Shown: positions 51,111 through 60,427, numbered from the stretch's first letter. The stretch: 64,000 nt of DNA from Nitrospira sp. (GCA_047150005.1 AP038806.1:3232001-3296000), one strand, 5' to 3'. Numbers and translations are program-made. Notes: generated from the sequence alone by a model not told the origin.

Positions 51111-51557
51111 ATGATGATGACTGTTGCATCAGCCGCAGACCGCCCGGCGGCTGGGACGATGATCTGGGTGCTTGTAGCCCTGGTTTTGGCGGCGCCGACG
51201 ACCGTACTGGCAGGAGATCCCACATCGATGCTCATCCAGCAAAGCCTGCCGGATATTCAGGGGAAGGTCGCCACGGTGTTGACCGTGCAGTACGCGCCAG
51301 GAACGGCATCCGATGCGCACCAACATCCCGGTTCGGTGTTCGGGTATGTCTTGGAAGGGGCGATGGTCAGTCAATTGGAGGGAGAGAAGCCGGTGACCTA
51401 CAGCGCCGGGCAGAGCTGGTATGAGCCTCCGGGGCAGCCGCACGTTGTGCTGAGGAATGCCAGCCGGGAAGTGCCGGCTAAGATTCTCCTCTTCATTCTC
51501 GCGCAGGAAGGTGAGGCGCTCAAGTCGCCGGTGACGCTGTCCGACAGCGGGAAGTAA
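51111..51557 (+). CDS. Cupin-domain protein with signal peptide
   Basis: HQHPG...YVLEG, GQSWYEPPGQPH. Confidence 0.88.
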   Translation: MMMTVASAADRPAAGTMIWVLVALVLAAPTTVLAGDPTSMLIQQSLPDIQGKVATVLTVQYAPGTASDAHQHPGSVFGYVLEGAMVSQLEGEKPVTYSAGQSWYEPPGQPHVVLRNASREVPAKILLFILAQEGEALKSPVTLSDSGK

Positions 51558-51773
51558 GGCCTCTCGGATTTCCCGTGCTCTGCGGACATGTCACGCAGGG
51601 CGCCGGGGGAATCACGCCCGCAGCTCCAGATTCCTCTCTGGTCCTGATCGGTCCCGCTGAGCTTTGTGACCAACCGCCGGCCTGTCAAGTTCTGTCGGAG
51701 ACCTGTCGAAGGAGTCTCCCGTACGTCATCGACCTTGCAGGGCTGAGCGGACGAGACTGAAGAACCCCGAGCC

Positions 51774-52400
51774 ATGGAAACCGGCCTTCATTGGATTGAG
51801 CAGTACGGATACGGCGGCCTGTTCGTCCTGCTGATGCTGGGCGTACTGGGGCTTCCGGTGTCGGATGAGACGCTTTTGGTGTTTGCGGGCTATCTGAGCG
51901 CGAAGGGCACCCTGAGAATTGAGGCTGCCTTCGTCGCTGCGTTTCTAGGAAGTGTGACTGGCATCAGCCTCAGCTATGCAATCGGGCGGCTCATCGGCCT
52001 CCCGGCTCTCGAAAAGTTCGGCCATGTGGTCCATATGAGACCGGAGCATCTGGCCTCGTCACGCCTATGGGTCGAACGCTGGGGAAAGTACTCCCTCCTC
52101 GTGGCCTACTTCATTCCCGGCGTCCGCCATCTGGCCGCGCTCCTGCTGGGCGCCTCGATGCTCCCGGCGGCAGTGTTCGCGAGGTTCGCCTACGCAGGGG
52201 CATTGGCCTGGTCCGCCAGTTTTATCGGCCTCGGGTACGTCGCCGGAGATGAGTGGACCAGATTGTCTCCGCTGATTCATCGAACGCTGACGATTGTTAT
52301 CCTCCTGGTGCTGCTCGCGCTGTCGATCGCGTTATCGGCATATCTGATTCGACGGGCCAAGCCATTGCCGGCCGCTCAGCAGCCCGTGCAGGGAAAATAG
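51774..52400 (+). CDS. DedA family membrane protein
   Basis: GLPVSDETLL, SYAIGR, YFIPGVRH. Confidence 0.92.
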   Translation: METGLHWIEQYGYGGLFVLLMLGVLGLPVSDETLLVFAGYLSAKGTLRIEAAFVAAFLGSVTGISLSYAIGRLIGLPALEKFGHVVHMRPEHLASSRLWVERWGKYSLLVAYFIPGVRHLAALLLGASMLPAAVFARFAYAGALAWSASFIGLGYVAGDEWTRLSPLIHRTLTIVILLVLLALSIALSAYLIRRAKPLPAAQQPVQGK

Positions 52401-52442
52401 AGGGTGGCGCCGGAATCCGATTCACCACGAGGGGGAACGGTC

Positions 52443-52721
52443 ATGAAACGATTCGGAGTACTGGCATCGGCTTCTCTTCTGATGATGAGTGGTTCCGTCG
52501 GCTATGCGGACAGCCTGTGCCTGCAGTGCCTCGACGCTGCCAAGCAGGAATTGAAGAAGTGCATGGAAGCCGCCATCAGTGCGCAGGACAAGGCTTCGTG
52601 CCACGAGAAACATGACGCCAAGTCGAAGTCCTGCGAAGAGGGCGAGTGCAGGCTGGAGCAAGCGGCGAAACCAGGCTCGAAGGACAAGCCCGTCTCCGAA
52701 CCGCTCCCGGATCGAAAATAG
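52443..52721 (+). CDS. Small secreted six-Cys helical protein
   Basis: Signal peptide ending GYA; 6 Cys; GAGGGGG SD. Confidence 0.75.
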   Translation: MKRFGVLASASLLMMSGSVGYADSLCLQCLDAAKQELKKCMEAAISAQDKASCHEKHDAKSKSCEEGECRLEQAAKPGSKDKPVSEPLPDRK

Positions 52722-52802
52722 TCAGGGAATTCCTGCGACCGGTACCAAAGCCTGGTAGTGAGCCCGGTCTTGTGTGCGGCGGGGGCGGCCGGAGTCGTCC
52801 GG

Positions 52803-53963
52803 TCAAGCGCCGGTGTACCGATGGAGCTCTCGAACGAAGTGTTGCGTTGCGGTCATGAGGCCGAGAGGGTCCTTTTGAATGCGGCTGCCGAGGATGAACA
52901 CGACGTCCCGGCCGTAGAAGGACACGAACTCCGGGATATCCGAGGCGCCGATACGTCCCGCTGCCGTCGGCGCTATGGGACGAATGTGCCTCCAGGCGGC
53001 CCGGCACGTCCGCGCCAACGCCGCACAGTCATCTTTCATCATCGCGTAGCCGGTACGATAGCCGGGATAGATGGACAGATCGGCGCCTGCGAGACGGGGA
53101 AGTTGGCCATAGAGAGCTGCCGGAGCGATTCCCTGATCCGGATGTATCGCGTAGCTACCCAGCAGCGCGGGATGGCTTGCGATCGGCAGGGCCAGCGACT
53201 CATCTTCTGCCAAGGAACGGAGCGCATCGAATCCGGTCAGCCCCGGCGCCACGAGCAGCCCGCCTGCTCCCCGTTTCTTGGCCAGCGAAGCGCGCGCCTT
53301 CATGACGTCGAGGGGGCCGCTAATGTGGGCCAGATAAGGGCAGGGTCTGCCGCGTTGCGCTGCAGCGGTGAGCGCGGCGTCGGCGCATCGTGCGATGCGC
53401 TCGTTGAACGGACAGAACGACTGATCGACGAGGCCCTGGTCGTCTTTGATCAAGTCCACGCCCCCCAGCACGAACTCCGTGGCCAGGTCGGCCAGTTCCT
53501 GCGGGGAGCGGCCGAGCGGTTTCAGCACGGCGCAGACGAGTGGACGGTCTCGTATCCCTGTGAGATCCCTGAGACCTTCCAGGCCGAATCGTGGGCCGCG
53601 CCATTGTGACAGGACGGAGTCAGGAAGCTCCCACGATACGAGCCGGACGCCGGGGCGCAGGCTACTGGTGCCGAACAATAGGTTTAGGAGATCGGCGAGG
53701 TGGCGGCCGATCAGATCGACGGTATAGCTGATCCGGGCTTCGTAGCCGCCGGGCGATCGAGTCCGGAACTCTTCAACCCGGCCTACGATGCGCCGACGCA
53801 GTGCAGGTGTCACGATCTCGTCGCTGGCCTCGACAGTCTGGTCCAGGCAGATCAACTCGGCCGTCTTCAGAGCCTCGGTCTCTGAGCCACCGATGTGATA
53901 TAGGGCCGTGATGCGGGCGTCAGGAGACGGAGGCTCGGATTCGACAGAGGACCGTACAGGCAT
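52803..53963 (-). CDS. RuBisCO-like protein (form IV)
   Basis: GPRFGLEGLR, RPLVCAVLKPLG, GGVDLIKDDQ, HPALLG, RLAGAD; no small subunit nearby. Confidence 0.88.
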   Translation of the reverse strand: MPVRSSVESEPPSPDARITALYHIGGSETEALKTAELICLDQTVEASDEIVTPALRRRIVGRVEEFRTRSPGGYEARISYTVDLIGRHLADLLNLLFGTSSLRPGVRLVSWELPDSVLSQWRGPRFGLEGLRDLTGIRDRPLVCAVLKPLGRSPQELADLATEFVLGGVDLIKDDQGLVDQSFCPFNERIARCADAALTAAAQRGRPCPYLAHISGPLDVMKARASLAKKRGAGGLLVAPGLTGFDALRSLAEDESLALPIASHPALLGSYAIHPDQGIAPAALYGQLPRLAGADLSIYPGYRTGYAMMKDDCAALARTCRAAWRHIRPIAPTAAGRIGASDIPEFVSFYGRDVVFILGSRIQKDPLGLMTATQHFVRELHRYTGA

Positions 53964-54125
53964 AAGACCGTGCTCGAGCGTGAAGTCAGAGTACCGACAT
54001 GCCCTTCACCCCGGCGTGACCGCGGCGCAGGCGGGGCGTTGCGACCTGACGGCGCCCACCGGTCGCAGGCCGACGACGTCGGTATGCCTGCTCGGCTCGA
54101 TTGAGCGAAGGAGACGTCGGGGAAA

Positions 54126-54662
54126 TCAGCTTGGGCTGAATCGAGCCTTTGCCTCGGTAACCCGCGCACAGGCCAGACGAACCTGATGCGCGAGGAATGA
54201 ATCGCTTTTCATTTGCCGACCGATAGCTTCGGCGTAGGACAAGACCATCTCATCTTCTGGCAGTAGATTGTTTCCGATACACAACATATCCAATCCAGCC
54301 CGCAATCCCATGCTGCAGGCCAGTCCGGTCTGATATTTCTGTTGAAGCCCCTGCATTTGGAGATCACCCTTCGTGTCCTTCAGACGGCGGACCCGGCCGC
54401 CTTCCTGATCGACGAACAGCAGCGGCCGGGATGGCAGAGTCGAGATTTCCGCGCAGAGCTCCCGGACTTGCTCGGGACTGTGAATGTTATTGTCGTAGGT
54501 CTTGGTCTGGCAGTTGAAATCAAATAGGATGACCCCTCCCAGCCCGTAGATCCCGGCAACCTGCTCCAGCCAGGGCGGAATTGCGGTGCCTCGGAAACCG
54601 AGGAGGAAGCAGCAACCGATCCCAGGTTGCTCATGCCGGGACGAAGGCGACGGCTGCGTCAT
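54126..54662 (-). pseudogene. GH3 NagZ-like gene with a large in-frame internal deletion
   Basis: GGVILF and VDQEGGRVRRL joined directly to DLQMQG...AGLDML; KHFPG segment missing. Confidence 0.75.
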
Positions 54663-55273
54663 CAGTAGGTGGCGCCGCCGAGGTCCGGTTCTGGAGCCAT
54701 CTGCCCCTCGGAAAATTTCAAGGCGGACGGGCGGTGCTCGAAGAAGATAATGCCGCGGTCTTTCATACTTTCATACGTGAGAACGATCTCGCTGTCGTCT
54801 CCCTGCCAGTTGAATTGTTGGACCGGGCCTTTCGAAATCTGGCCGGGCGTCCGATCCAACGGTCCATAGCGGGATTGAAGGTACAACACGATTTGCTCGT
54901 GCGTCTGATGCCCGTGATATCGAATGATGACTCGCGCGAACTGTCCGTCGAAGGTCACAAAGCGCATCGAGTCGACTTTCGCAGATCCGAGATCCGGCGG
55001 CCCCTGCTTCAGTTCATAGCCCTTGATGCGTGCGCCGTTTTCGACGAGCAGAAACTCCTGCGTTTCGGAAAAGGCCGCTCCCCATGGAATACCTTCGAAG
55101 CCTTTCGGATCATTGGCCATCGGAACGGGGAGGGCGGGGCGGGGAGACAAGACTGCCCATCCATACAACATCAGGAACGTGAACAGGAGTCGTGCCTTGA
55201 CCAACGGCCGGTCGAAGCGGACCTTCGATGAGTCTGCTGGGTTCCTCGGCCTATTAGCAAGCGAACGATCCAT
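54662..55273 (-). CDS. Exported hypothetical protein
   Basis: Signal/TM segment, DPKGFEGIPWG; abuts the nagZ-like gene. Confidence 0.75.
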   Translation of the reverse strand: MDRSLANRPRNPADSSKVRFDRPLVKARLLFTFLMLYGWAVLSPRPALPVPMANDPKGFEGIPWGAAFSETQEFLLVENGARIKGYELKQGPPDLGSAKVDSMRFVTFDGQFARVIIRYHGHQTHEQIVLYLQSRYGPLDRTPGQISKGPVQQFNWQGDDSEIVLTYESMKDRGIIFFEHRPSALKFSEGQMAPEPDLGGATY

Positions 55274-55350
55274 ACATACCTCGGCGAGGAGGGCCGCCGG
55301 GAGGCGTCAGCGATGCGCTCCTGGCGGCTCCCCCCTCGTGACGTCGTTGA

Positions 55351-55626
55351 CTATTTCATCTTCTCTTTTGCGGCGTTTGCTTCACCCTTGGCTCGTTCCG
55401 TTGTGCCTTTGGCCTTTCCCTTGGCGCGTTCCGCCTCCGCGCTCATCTTGTTGCCTTTGGCATCCTCGACGGCGCCTTTGGTCTGTCCCTTGACCTCTTC
55501 GGTCGTCGCCTTGGCTTCGCCTTTCATTTTTTCCATCGTGGCGGAGGTTTCTCCGGCAAGGGCGGAAGAGGCAAATGTGACCCATCCCAAAACAGCTGCA
55601 GCGATTCCGAGTCCGGTGTGTCTCAT
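55351..55626 (-). CDS. Secreted CsbD/LEA-like small protein
   Basis: GGAGG SD, signal peptide, 11-residue KG(E/Q/K)(A/T)K repeats. Confidence 0.8.
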   Translation of the reverse strand: MRHTGLGIAAAVLGWVTFASSALAGETSATMEKMKGEAKATTEEVKGQTKGAVEDAKGNKMSAEAERAKGKAKGTTERAKGEANAAKEKMK

Positions 55627-55834
55627 GGCGCGGCCTCCTATAGAGTTAGGGGAAGTGGGTGGATAGGAGCGGTCTCTTCCGCCTCGCGTGCAGAAACCTT
55701 CTCTTCAGAGTGGAATGCAAAGTCTAAGACATTGGACTAACCAAATGCAAAACGAATGTTCTTGGACGATAATTTTGACAGTCTGTCTGGCCCATGACCC
55801 AATTTGCTGTCCGTCGGGTCGACGAGGCCGTTTC

Positions 55835-56845
55835 TCATTCCCGCGGAAGCGGGGAGGTGGAGTCACATTTGAAGTGCAACAGATCACGAGTAAACACCTC
55901 GGCCGGTGTCTCATAGTCGAGACACTTGCGCGGGGTGTGATTATACGCCCGCACCAGCGCCAGCAAGCGGCGGGTGGAGAGCGTGGCCAAGTCAGTTTTC
56001 CGGGGGAGGGCACGGCGCATCCGGCCGATACCGTTTTCGATACCCCCTTTTTGCCACGGGGCATGCGGGTCACAAAAGTAGGTGCGCATGCCGAGCGGGT
56101 GCAGCTGATCGTGATACGCGAACTCCGTGCCGTTATCGAACGTGATGGTCCGGCGCAGGGCCGGAGGCAGGGCGGCAAACAGCGCCGTGAGTCGGGCGGC
56201 CACCGGCTGGGCCCCCTTCGTGGGTTGCCGGCTGGCCACCAACACGCGCGAGCGGCGTTCCTGCGTCACCAGGACCGCCTGGCCATATTTCGCAAACAGC
56301 ATCAGATCGGCCTCCCAATGGCCAGGGTCCTGCCGCTGCTGGATCGCCGCCGGTCGCTCGCTAATGGGGACGCGGCTGCGGATGTGGTCCACGGCACTGC
56401 CGCCTTTGCGCCCCCGCCACCCGCGTTTGCTTTTGCCCCGCGGCAAATAATGCCGCCAGCGATAGTCTTTCGTCCGGCGGATCTGGCTGGCGATGAAGCG
56501 GTAGATCGACTCGGAGCTGATGCGCAGCGCGCAGCCGTCGCGCTTGAGCCGGCCGGCGACTTGAGCGGGCGACCAGCCCTGCCCCAACCAGCGCAGGACG
56601 TGGGCCTGCAGCGCCGGTTGCCGGAGCAGACGACTCCCGCGCCAGCGGCGGCTGCGGGTCTGCTCCTGGGCATAGGCAGGCGCATAGCCCACCTGGGCGC
56701 CGCGATTGCGCCTCAGTTCCCGCAGAATGGTCGATGGCGCGCGATCCAGAGCTGCTGCAATTTGGCGGATGGTTTGCCCGGCTTCGCGAGCCCGGGCAAT
56801 CGTACACCGGTCTTCCAAGGAGAGCTGCGCATAGTGTCGTCCCAT
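55835..56845 (-). CDS. IS30-family transposase
   Basis: YAQLSLEDR HTH, GHWEADL, TITFDNGTEF, PWQKGGIEN, NHTPRKCL. Confidence 0.95.
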   Translation of the reverse strand: MGRHYAQLSLEDRCTIARAREAGQTIRQIAAALDRAPSTILRELRRNRGAQVGYAPAYAQEQTRSRRWRGSRLLRQPALQAHVLRWLGQGWSPAQVAGRLKRDGCALRISSESIYRFIASQIRRTKDYRWRHYLPRGKSKRGWRGRKGGSAVDHIRSRVPISERPAAIQQRQDPGHWEADLMLFAKYGQAVLVTQERRSRVLVASRQPTKGAQPVAARLTALFAALPPALRRTITFDNGTEFAYHDQLHPLGMRTYFCDPHAPWQKGGIENGIGRMRRALPRKTDLATLSTRRLLALVRAYNHTPRKCLDYETPAEVFTRDLLHFKCDSTSPLPRE

Positions 56846-56892
56846 TGCAACACCTTACCCCACAGGTGTTGCACTTCGTTTGTGAATCTAGG
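55856..56892 (-). mobile_element. IS30-family element, about 1037 bp, GGA target duplication
   Basis: IRs TGGAGTCACATTTGAAGTGCAACA / TAGATTCACAAACGAAGTGCAACA; GGA at 55853-55855 and 56893-56895. Confidence 0.85.
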
Positions 56893-56938
56893 GGATCCAG
56901 TCAAGGCCTTCTCCTCAGCCTTGAGTCTTGATCGAGGA

Positions 56939-56965
56939 GTGAATGCCCGCCTTCCCGGGCATGAC
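56939..56965. repeat. Right arm of a REP-like doublet whose left arm is split by IS30
   Basis: GTGAATGCCCGCCTTCCCGGGCATGAC is an imperfect inverse of the reconstituted TCATTCCCGCGGAAGCGGGGATCCAG. Confidence 0.65.
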
Positions 56966-57060
56966 GCAACAGGAACTGACCCACTCCCGTCGCGTAGCGC
57001 AGAGATTGACAAAGGCATCAGGGGGTCCGTAGTCTCAGAATAGACAGGAGGAGGAGCACT

Positions 57061-57378
57061 ATGCCGATCATACTGACTTTCTTCCTCATGCTGACCGCGG
57101 TGATTCCAGTGCAGGCGCAACCCGGTTCCCAAGCGGCTGCGAACGACGTCGTGAAAGGGGATGTGTTGTATTGGGAGGGGGAAGAACTGGTCGTTCGGGA
57201 AATGTCCGGGCATGAAGTCCGGATGCGTGTCACCGCGGACACGAAGATTGAAGGTGCGGCGGCACGGCTCAAGACCGGAGACAAGATTGCCGCCCAGCTT
57301 ACCCCCGACGGACACGCCGCCACCATCACGCTGCAGATTCCCGACGCCGGGACGGCTCCTGCTCCACGTGTGCGGTAG
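57061..57378 (+). CDS. Small exported beta-barrel (OB-fold-like) protein
   Basis: AGGAGGAG SD, signal peptide, VTADTKI...LKTGDKI. Confidence 0.8.
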   Translation: MPIILTFFLMLTAVIPVQAQPGSQAAANDVVKGDVLYWEGEELVVREMSGHEVRMRVTADTKIEGAAARLKTGDKIAAQLTPDGHAATITLQIPDAGTAPAPRVR

Positions 57379-57425
57379 CCCTGCCGCCCGGTTATAGCCC
57401 GGTGGCTTCGCGAAGAGCCGAAAAG

Positions 57426-57497
57426 ATGAGAGGTCTGATGAGAGGTCTGATGAGAGGTCTGATGAGAGGTCTGATGAGAGGTCTGGTGAAGGGTCTG
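57426..57497 (+). repeat. 12-bp tandem repeat (ATGAGAGGTCTG) x5 plus one degenerate unit
   Basis: Read directly; encodes MRGL repeats. Confidence 0.95.
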
Positions 57498-57833
57498 GTT
57501 GCAATCAACTGCCTCCTCGCTGCATGTGCCTGGGTCGCCCTTCAGCCTGGAATGGCGCAATCCGACACCGCACTCGGTGATGTATCGAAAGGCAGAGTCC
57601 TCTTCGACCGCAATTGTGCCGGCTGCCATGGAACAGAAGGGAAGGGAAACGGCTACAAACTGCTCGGACCTGATCCGGCGGATCTCACGTCCAGGCGGAC
57701 GGCTGCAAAGTCCGACGGCGAGTTACTCAAGACCATTCATGACGGCAAGCCGAACATGCCGGCCTGGAAGAACCTTCTCTCGGAAGAGCAGGCACGGGAT
57801 GTCCTCGCGTATGTGCGAACCTTGACCAAGTAA
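57426..57833 (+). CDS. Monoheme class I cytochrome c
   Basis: Signal peptide, CAGCH, MPAW distal Met; start ambiguous within the VNTR. Confidence 0.9.
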   Translation: MRGLMRGLMRGLMRGLMRGLVKGLVAINCLLAACAWVALQPGMAQSDTALGDVSKGRVLFDRNCAGCHGTEGKGNGYKLLGPDPADLTSRRTAAKSDGELLKTIHDGKPNMPAWKNLLSEEQARDVLAYVRTLTK

Positions 57834-57953
57834 CGGCAGCCTCTTTCCTCCTTCACGCTACCCGTCCGATGTATGCTTGCCGTCTTGATGTCGGCTCCGA
57901 CTCACGGTAGATTCCGGCGGCGTTCCGATTGTCCACCCATTTGGAGATGAAGC

Positions 57954-59255
57954 ATGCCTCCCATCGTCGTTCAGAATGGAGCACTGCTGCCGTACATGTC
58001 CGATCGATATGATCCAGAGAGTTTGAGACGGCTCAAGCGGTTTCTGGAGCGTGAGGGCGTGTTTACGTTCAGGCCTCTGCGCACGCATCTGTTTCCCGCG
58101 GCCGTCGTCGATCGATTCAATCGGCACAGCGGCTATCATCACGTCTGGGTGAGAGACAATGTGCACGTGAGTCACGCGCTGTACGTCCACGGCGATGTAC
58201 GCGCGGCCGGTCGTTGCCTCTCGGCGCTCATGGGATTCTTTTCGCGACATCGGCGCCGCTTCGAGCGCATCATCGGCGGCGAGTCCACGCCGGCCGACAT
58301 CATGTCCCGGCCTCATGTGCGGTTCGACGGAGCCACCCTGCGCGAGTCGCGAGAGACCTGGGCTCATGCGCAGAACGACGCGCTCGGCTACTTTCTGTGG
58401 ATGTACTGCCTGTTGGCCTGCCGGGGTGTGCTCAAACCGACTCTCTCGGAGGTGGAAGTGCTCGGGTTGTTCGCCCGCTACTTCGATGCCATTCGTTATT
58501 GGACGGACGAGGACTGCGGTCATTGGGAGGAGGAGCGTAAGATTGAAGCCTCCAGCATCGGCGTCGTGGTCGCCGGATTGGCGAAGCTTCGGGAGTTCCT
58601 GTCGACAGGGAAGCACCGGCGCGAGGCGGCGGGGTTGTCGGATGCCGAGCTTCGCGTCCTCGAAGGCTGCGGGCGAGCACAATTGCGGAAGATCTTGCCG
58701 CACGAATGTATTCAGAAGGCGCCGGCCAAGAAACGCCGAACCGACGCAGCGCTCTTGTTCCTGGTGTACCCGCTCGACGTCGTCGGACAGGCGATGGGGA
58801 AACGGATTCTTACGGATATCGCCGAGCAGCTCGAGGGGGCCTATGGGATCAAACGGTACGTGGGAGACTCCTATTGGGCTGCCGATTATAAGGAAAAGCT
58901 GAGCCCGTCCCAACGCACGGTCGATTTCAGTGATACGGTCGGGATGCGCAACAAGCTGCTGTCACCCGGCGAAGAGGCCCAGTGGTGTCTGTTCGACTCC
59001 GTCATGTCCGCCGCCTACGGTCGGCGGTTCCAACATACCCGAAGGCAGGCCGATCGGGAGTACCAGACGTACTATTTCAACCGGGCGCTGGGGCAACTGA
59101 CCGAATCATCGCCGGGCATCCCGGCATTTCGGTGCCCGGAAGCGTACTATCTTTCGCGCGGGCGCTATGTCGCCAACGACCATACCCCGCTGATATGGGC
59201 ACATGCCAATCTCCTGGTCGCCATGAAACTGATGGAGACCAATCTGGCCGTGTGA
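57954..59255 (+). CDS. GH15-like (phosphorylase-kinase-subunit-like) glycoside hydrolase
   Basis: YHHVWVRDN, HAQNDALG, GHWEE...ASSIG, GIKRYVGDSY, PLIWAHA. Confidence 0.8.
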   Translation: MPPIVVQNGALLPYMSDRYDPESLRRLKRFLEREGVFTFRPLRTHLFPAAVVDRFNRHSGYHHVWVRDNVHVSHALYVHGDVRAAGRCLSALMGFFSRHRRRFERIIGGESTPADIMSRPHVRFDGATLRESRETWAHAQNDALGYFLWMYCLLACRGVLKPTLSEVEVLGLFARYFDAIRYWTDEDCGHWEEERKIEASSIGVVVAGLAKLREFLSTGKHRREAAGLSDAELRVLEGCGRAQLRKILPHECIQKAPAKKRRTDAALLFLVYPLDVVGQAMGKRILTDIAEQLEGAYGIKRYVGDSYWAADYKEKLSPSQRTVDFSDTVGMRNKLLSPGEEAQWCLFDSVMSAAYGRRFQHTRRQADREYQTYYFNRALGQLTESSPGIPAFRCPEAYYLSRGRYVANDHTPLIWAHANLLVAMKLMETNLAV

Positions 59256-59274
59256 GACTCGTTGCGGCTGTTCG

Positions 59275-59853
59275 TTACTTGGGAGGAAAGTTCGATAGCA
59301 TGTCGCGAAGGATCTTTCGGATCCGTTCGTCCCGCTCCTGGGAATTCAAATTCGGTTCGACCATACCGGCCGCCGTTCCCCGCCACGCCAGTCTGTTCGA
59401 TGAGGCATCGATGATGTCGACCAGCAGCGTGCCCGCCATGTAGGACGGAGCCTCCGGCTCGGTCCTCGGCTTCCCGCTCGGATTTCTGGTGTCGACCGAA
59501 TGGACGAACGGTCGTCCCGCCATGCCGTCCGAAAAATACTGTTGCGACTGATCCGCCGTCCCTTCCTTTACTTGGATGTAGTAGGCGACGAGGAAATCCG
59601 GTCGGCCGCCGGTGGAAGCCGTATAGCCTTTCAGGCCGAGTTGCGCGGCGATCGCCGTGCGAAGGCGGATGTCGGTGCTCGAACTGTCCACGCGACGATC
59701 GCCGGTCTTCTCCTGTTCGTCCCGCAGCCATTCGTAGGTCCGATAAGAGTTGAAGTTCACGGAGCGGTCATAGTCGTACCCGATCTTGGCGGATGCGCAT
59801 CCCGACAGCGACCATACAATCAGACAGCAATGAAGAATGTTCTTTCGAGCCAC
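59275..59853 (-). CDS. DUF4136 lipoprotein, copy A
   Basis: LSGC, YDYDRSVNFNSYRTY, GTLLVDIIDA...LAWRG. Confidence 0.85.
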   Translation of the reverse strand: MARKNILHCCLIVWSLSGCASAKIGYDYDRSVNFNSYRTYEWLRDEQEKTGDRRVDSSSTDIRLRTAIAAQLGLKGYTASTGGRPDFLVAYYIQVKEGTADQSQQYFSDGMAGRPFVHSVDTRNPSGKPRTEPEAPSYMAGTLLVDIIDASSNRLAWRGTAAGMVEPNLNSQERDERIRKILRDMLSNFPPK

Positions 59854-59872
59854 GGCGGATCTCCTCTGGTCA

Positions 59873-60427
59873 TTAGGGTGGGAAGTGTTCGAACATGGCT
59901 TTGAGGACGCGGGCGATCCGCTCATCCCGCTCTTTCGCGGTCATCCCTGGGTCGACTTCGGCCGATGCGGTGCCTTGCCAGACCAGCCGCTGTGTGGCTC
60001 CGTCTACGATGTCGATCAGGAGCGCTCCGCCCTTGTAGGGCTGAATGTCGCTGACGGTGGTATAGAGGCCGGTCGCCCGGTCGCCGATGTACCGTTGAGT
60101 CGAGGCGCCCTTCATCATGTCCGTCACGGCTGCACGGTAGGCCACATAAAAATCCGGCTGTCCGGCGGCCGGGTTCGTATAGCCTTTCCCTCGCAGCTGC
60201 CTGTCGACAGCCGCACGGATGCGGGCATCGACCAGATCATTGTCGATCCGTCTGTCTCCTGTCGGACTTCGCGAATCCGGCATCCACTCGTAGGTTCGGT
60301 AGCTGGTGAAATCGGCGCTGCGATCGTAGTCATAGCCGACCTTCGGTGACGCGCAAGCGAAGGCCAGCGCCGCCATCATTGCCACGCACAATGCCGAGCG
60401 CCAAGGCGCAATCCGATTCCTGCTCAC
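59873..60427 (-). CDS. DUF4136 lipoprotein, copy B
   Basis: AFAC, YDYDRSADFTSYRTY, GALLIDIVDG...LVWQG, ends FPP. Confidence 0.85.
   Translation of the reverse strand: MSRNRIAPWRSALCVAMMAALAFACASPKVGYDYDRSADFTSYRTYEWMPDSRSPTGDRRIDNDLVDARIRAAVDRQLRGKGYTNPAAGQPDFYVAYRAAVTDMMKGASTQRYIGDRATGLYTTVSDIQPYKGGALLIDIVDGATQRLVWQGTASAEVDPGMTAKERDERIARVLKAMFEHFPP

Noticed and set aside
51111..51557. Cupin as the methylsulfurylase partner of the RLP (MTA-isoprenoid shunt)
   Set aside because: It has a signal peptide, lies on the opposite strand and is separated by two genes
57426..57497. CRISPR array
   Set aside because: Contiguous 12-bp units with no spacers and no cas genes
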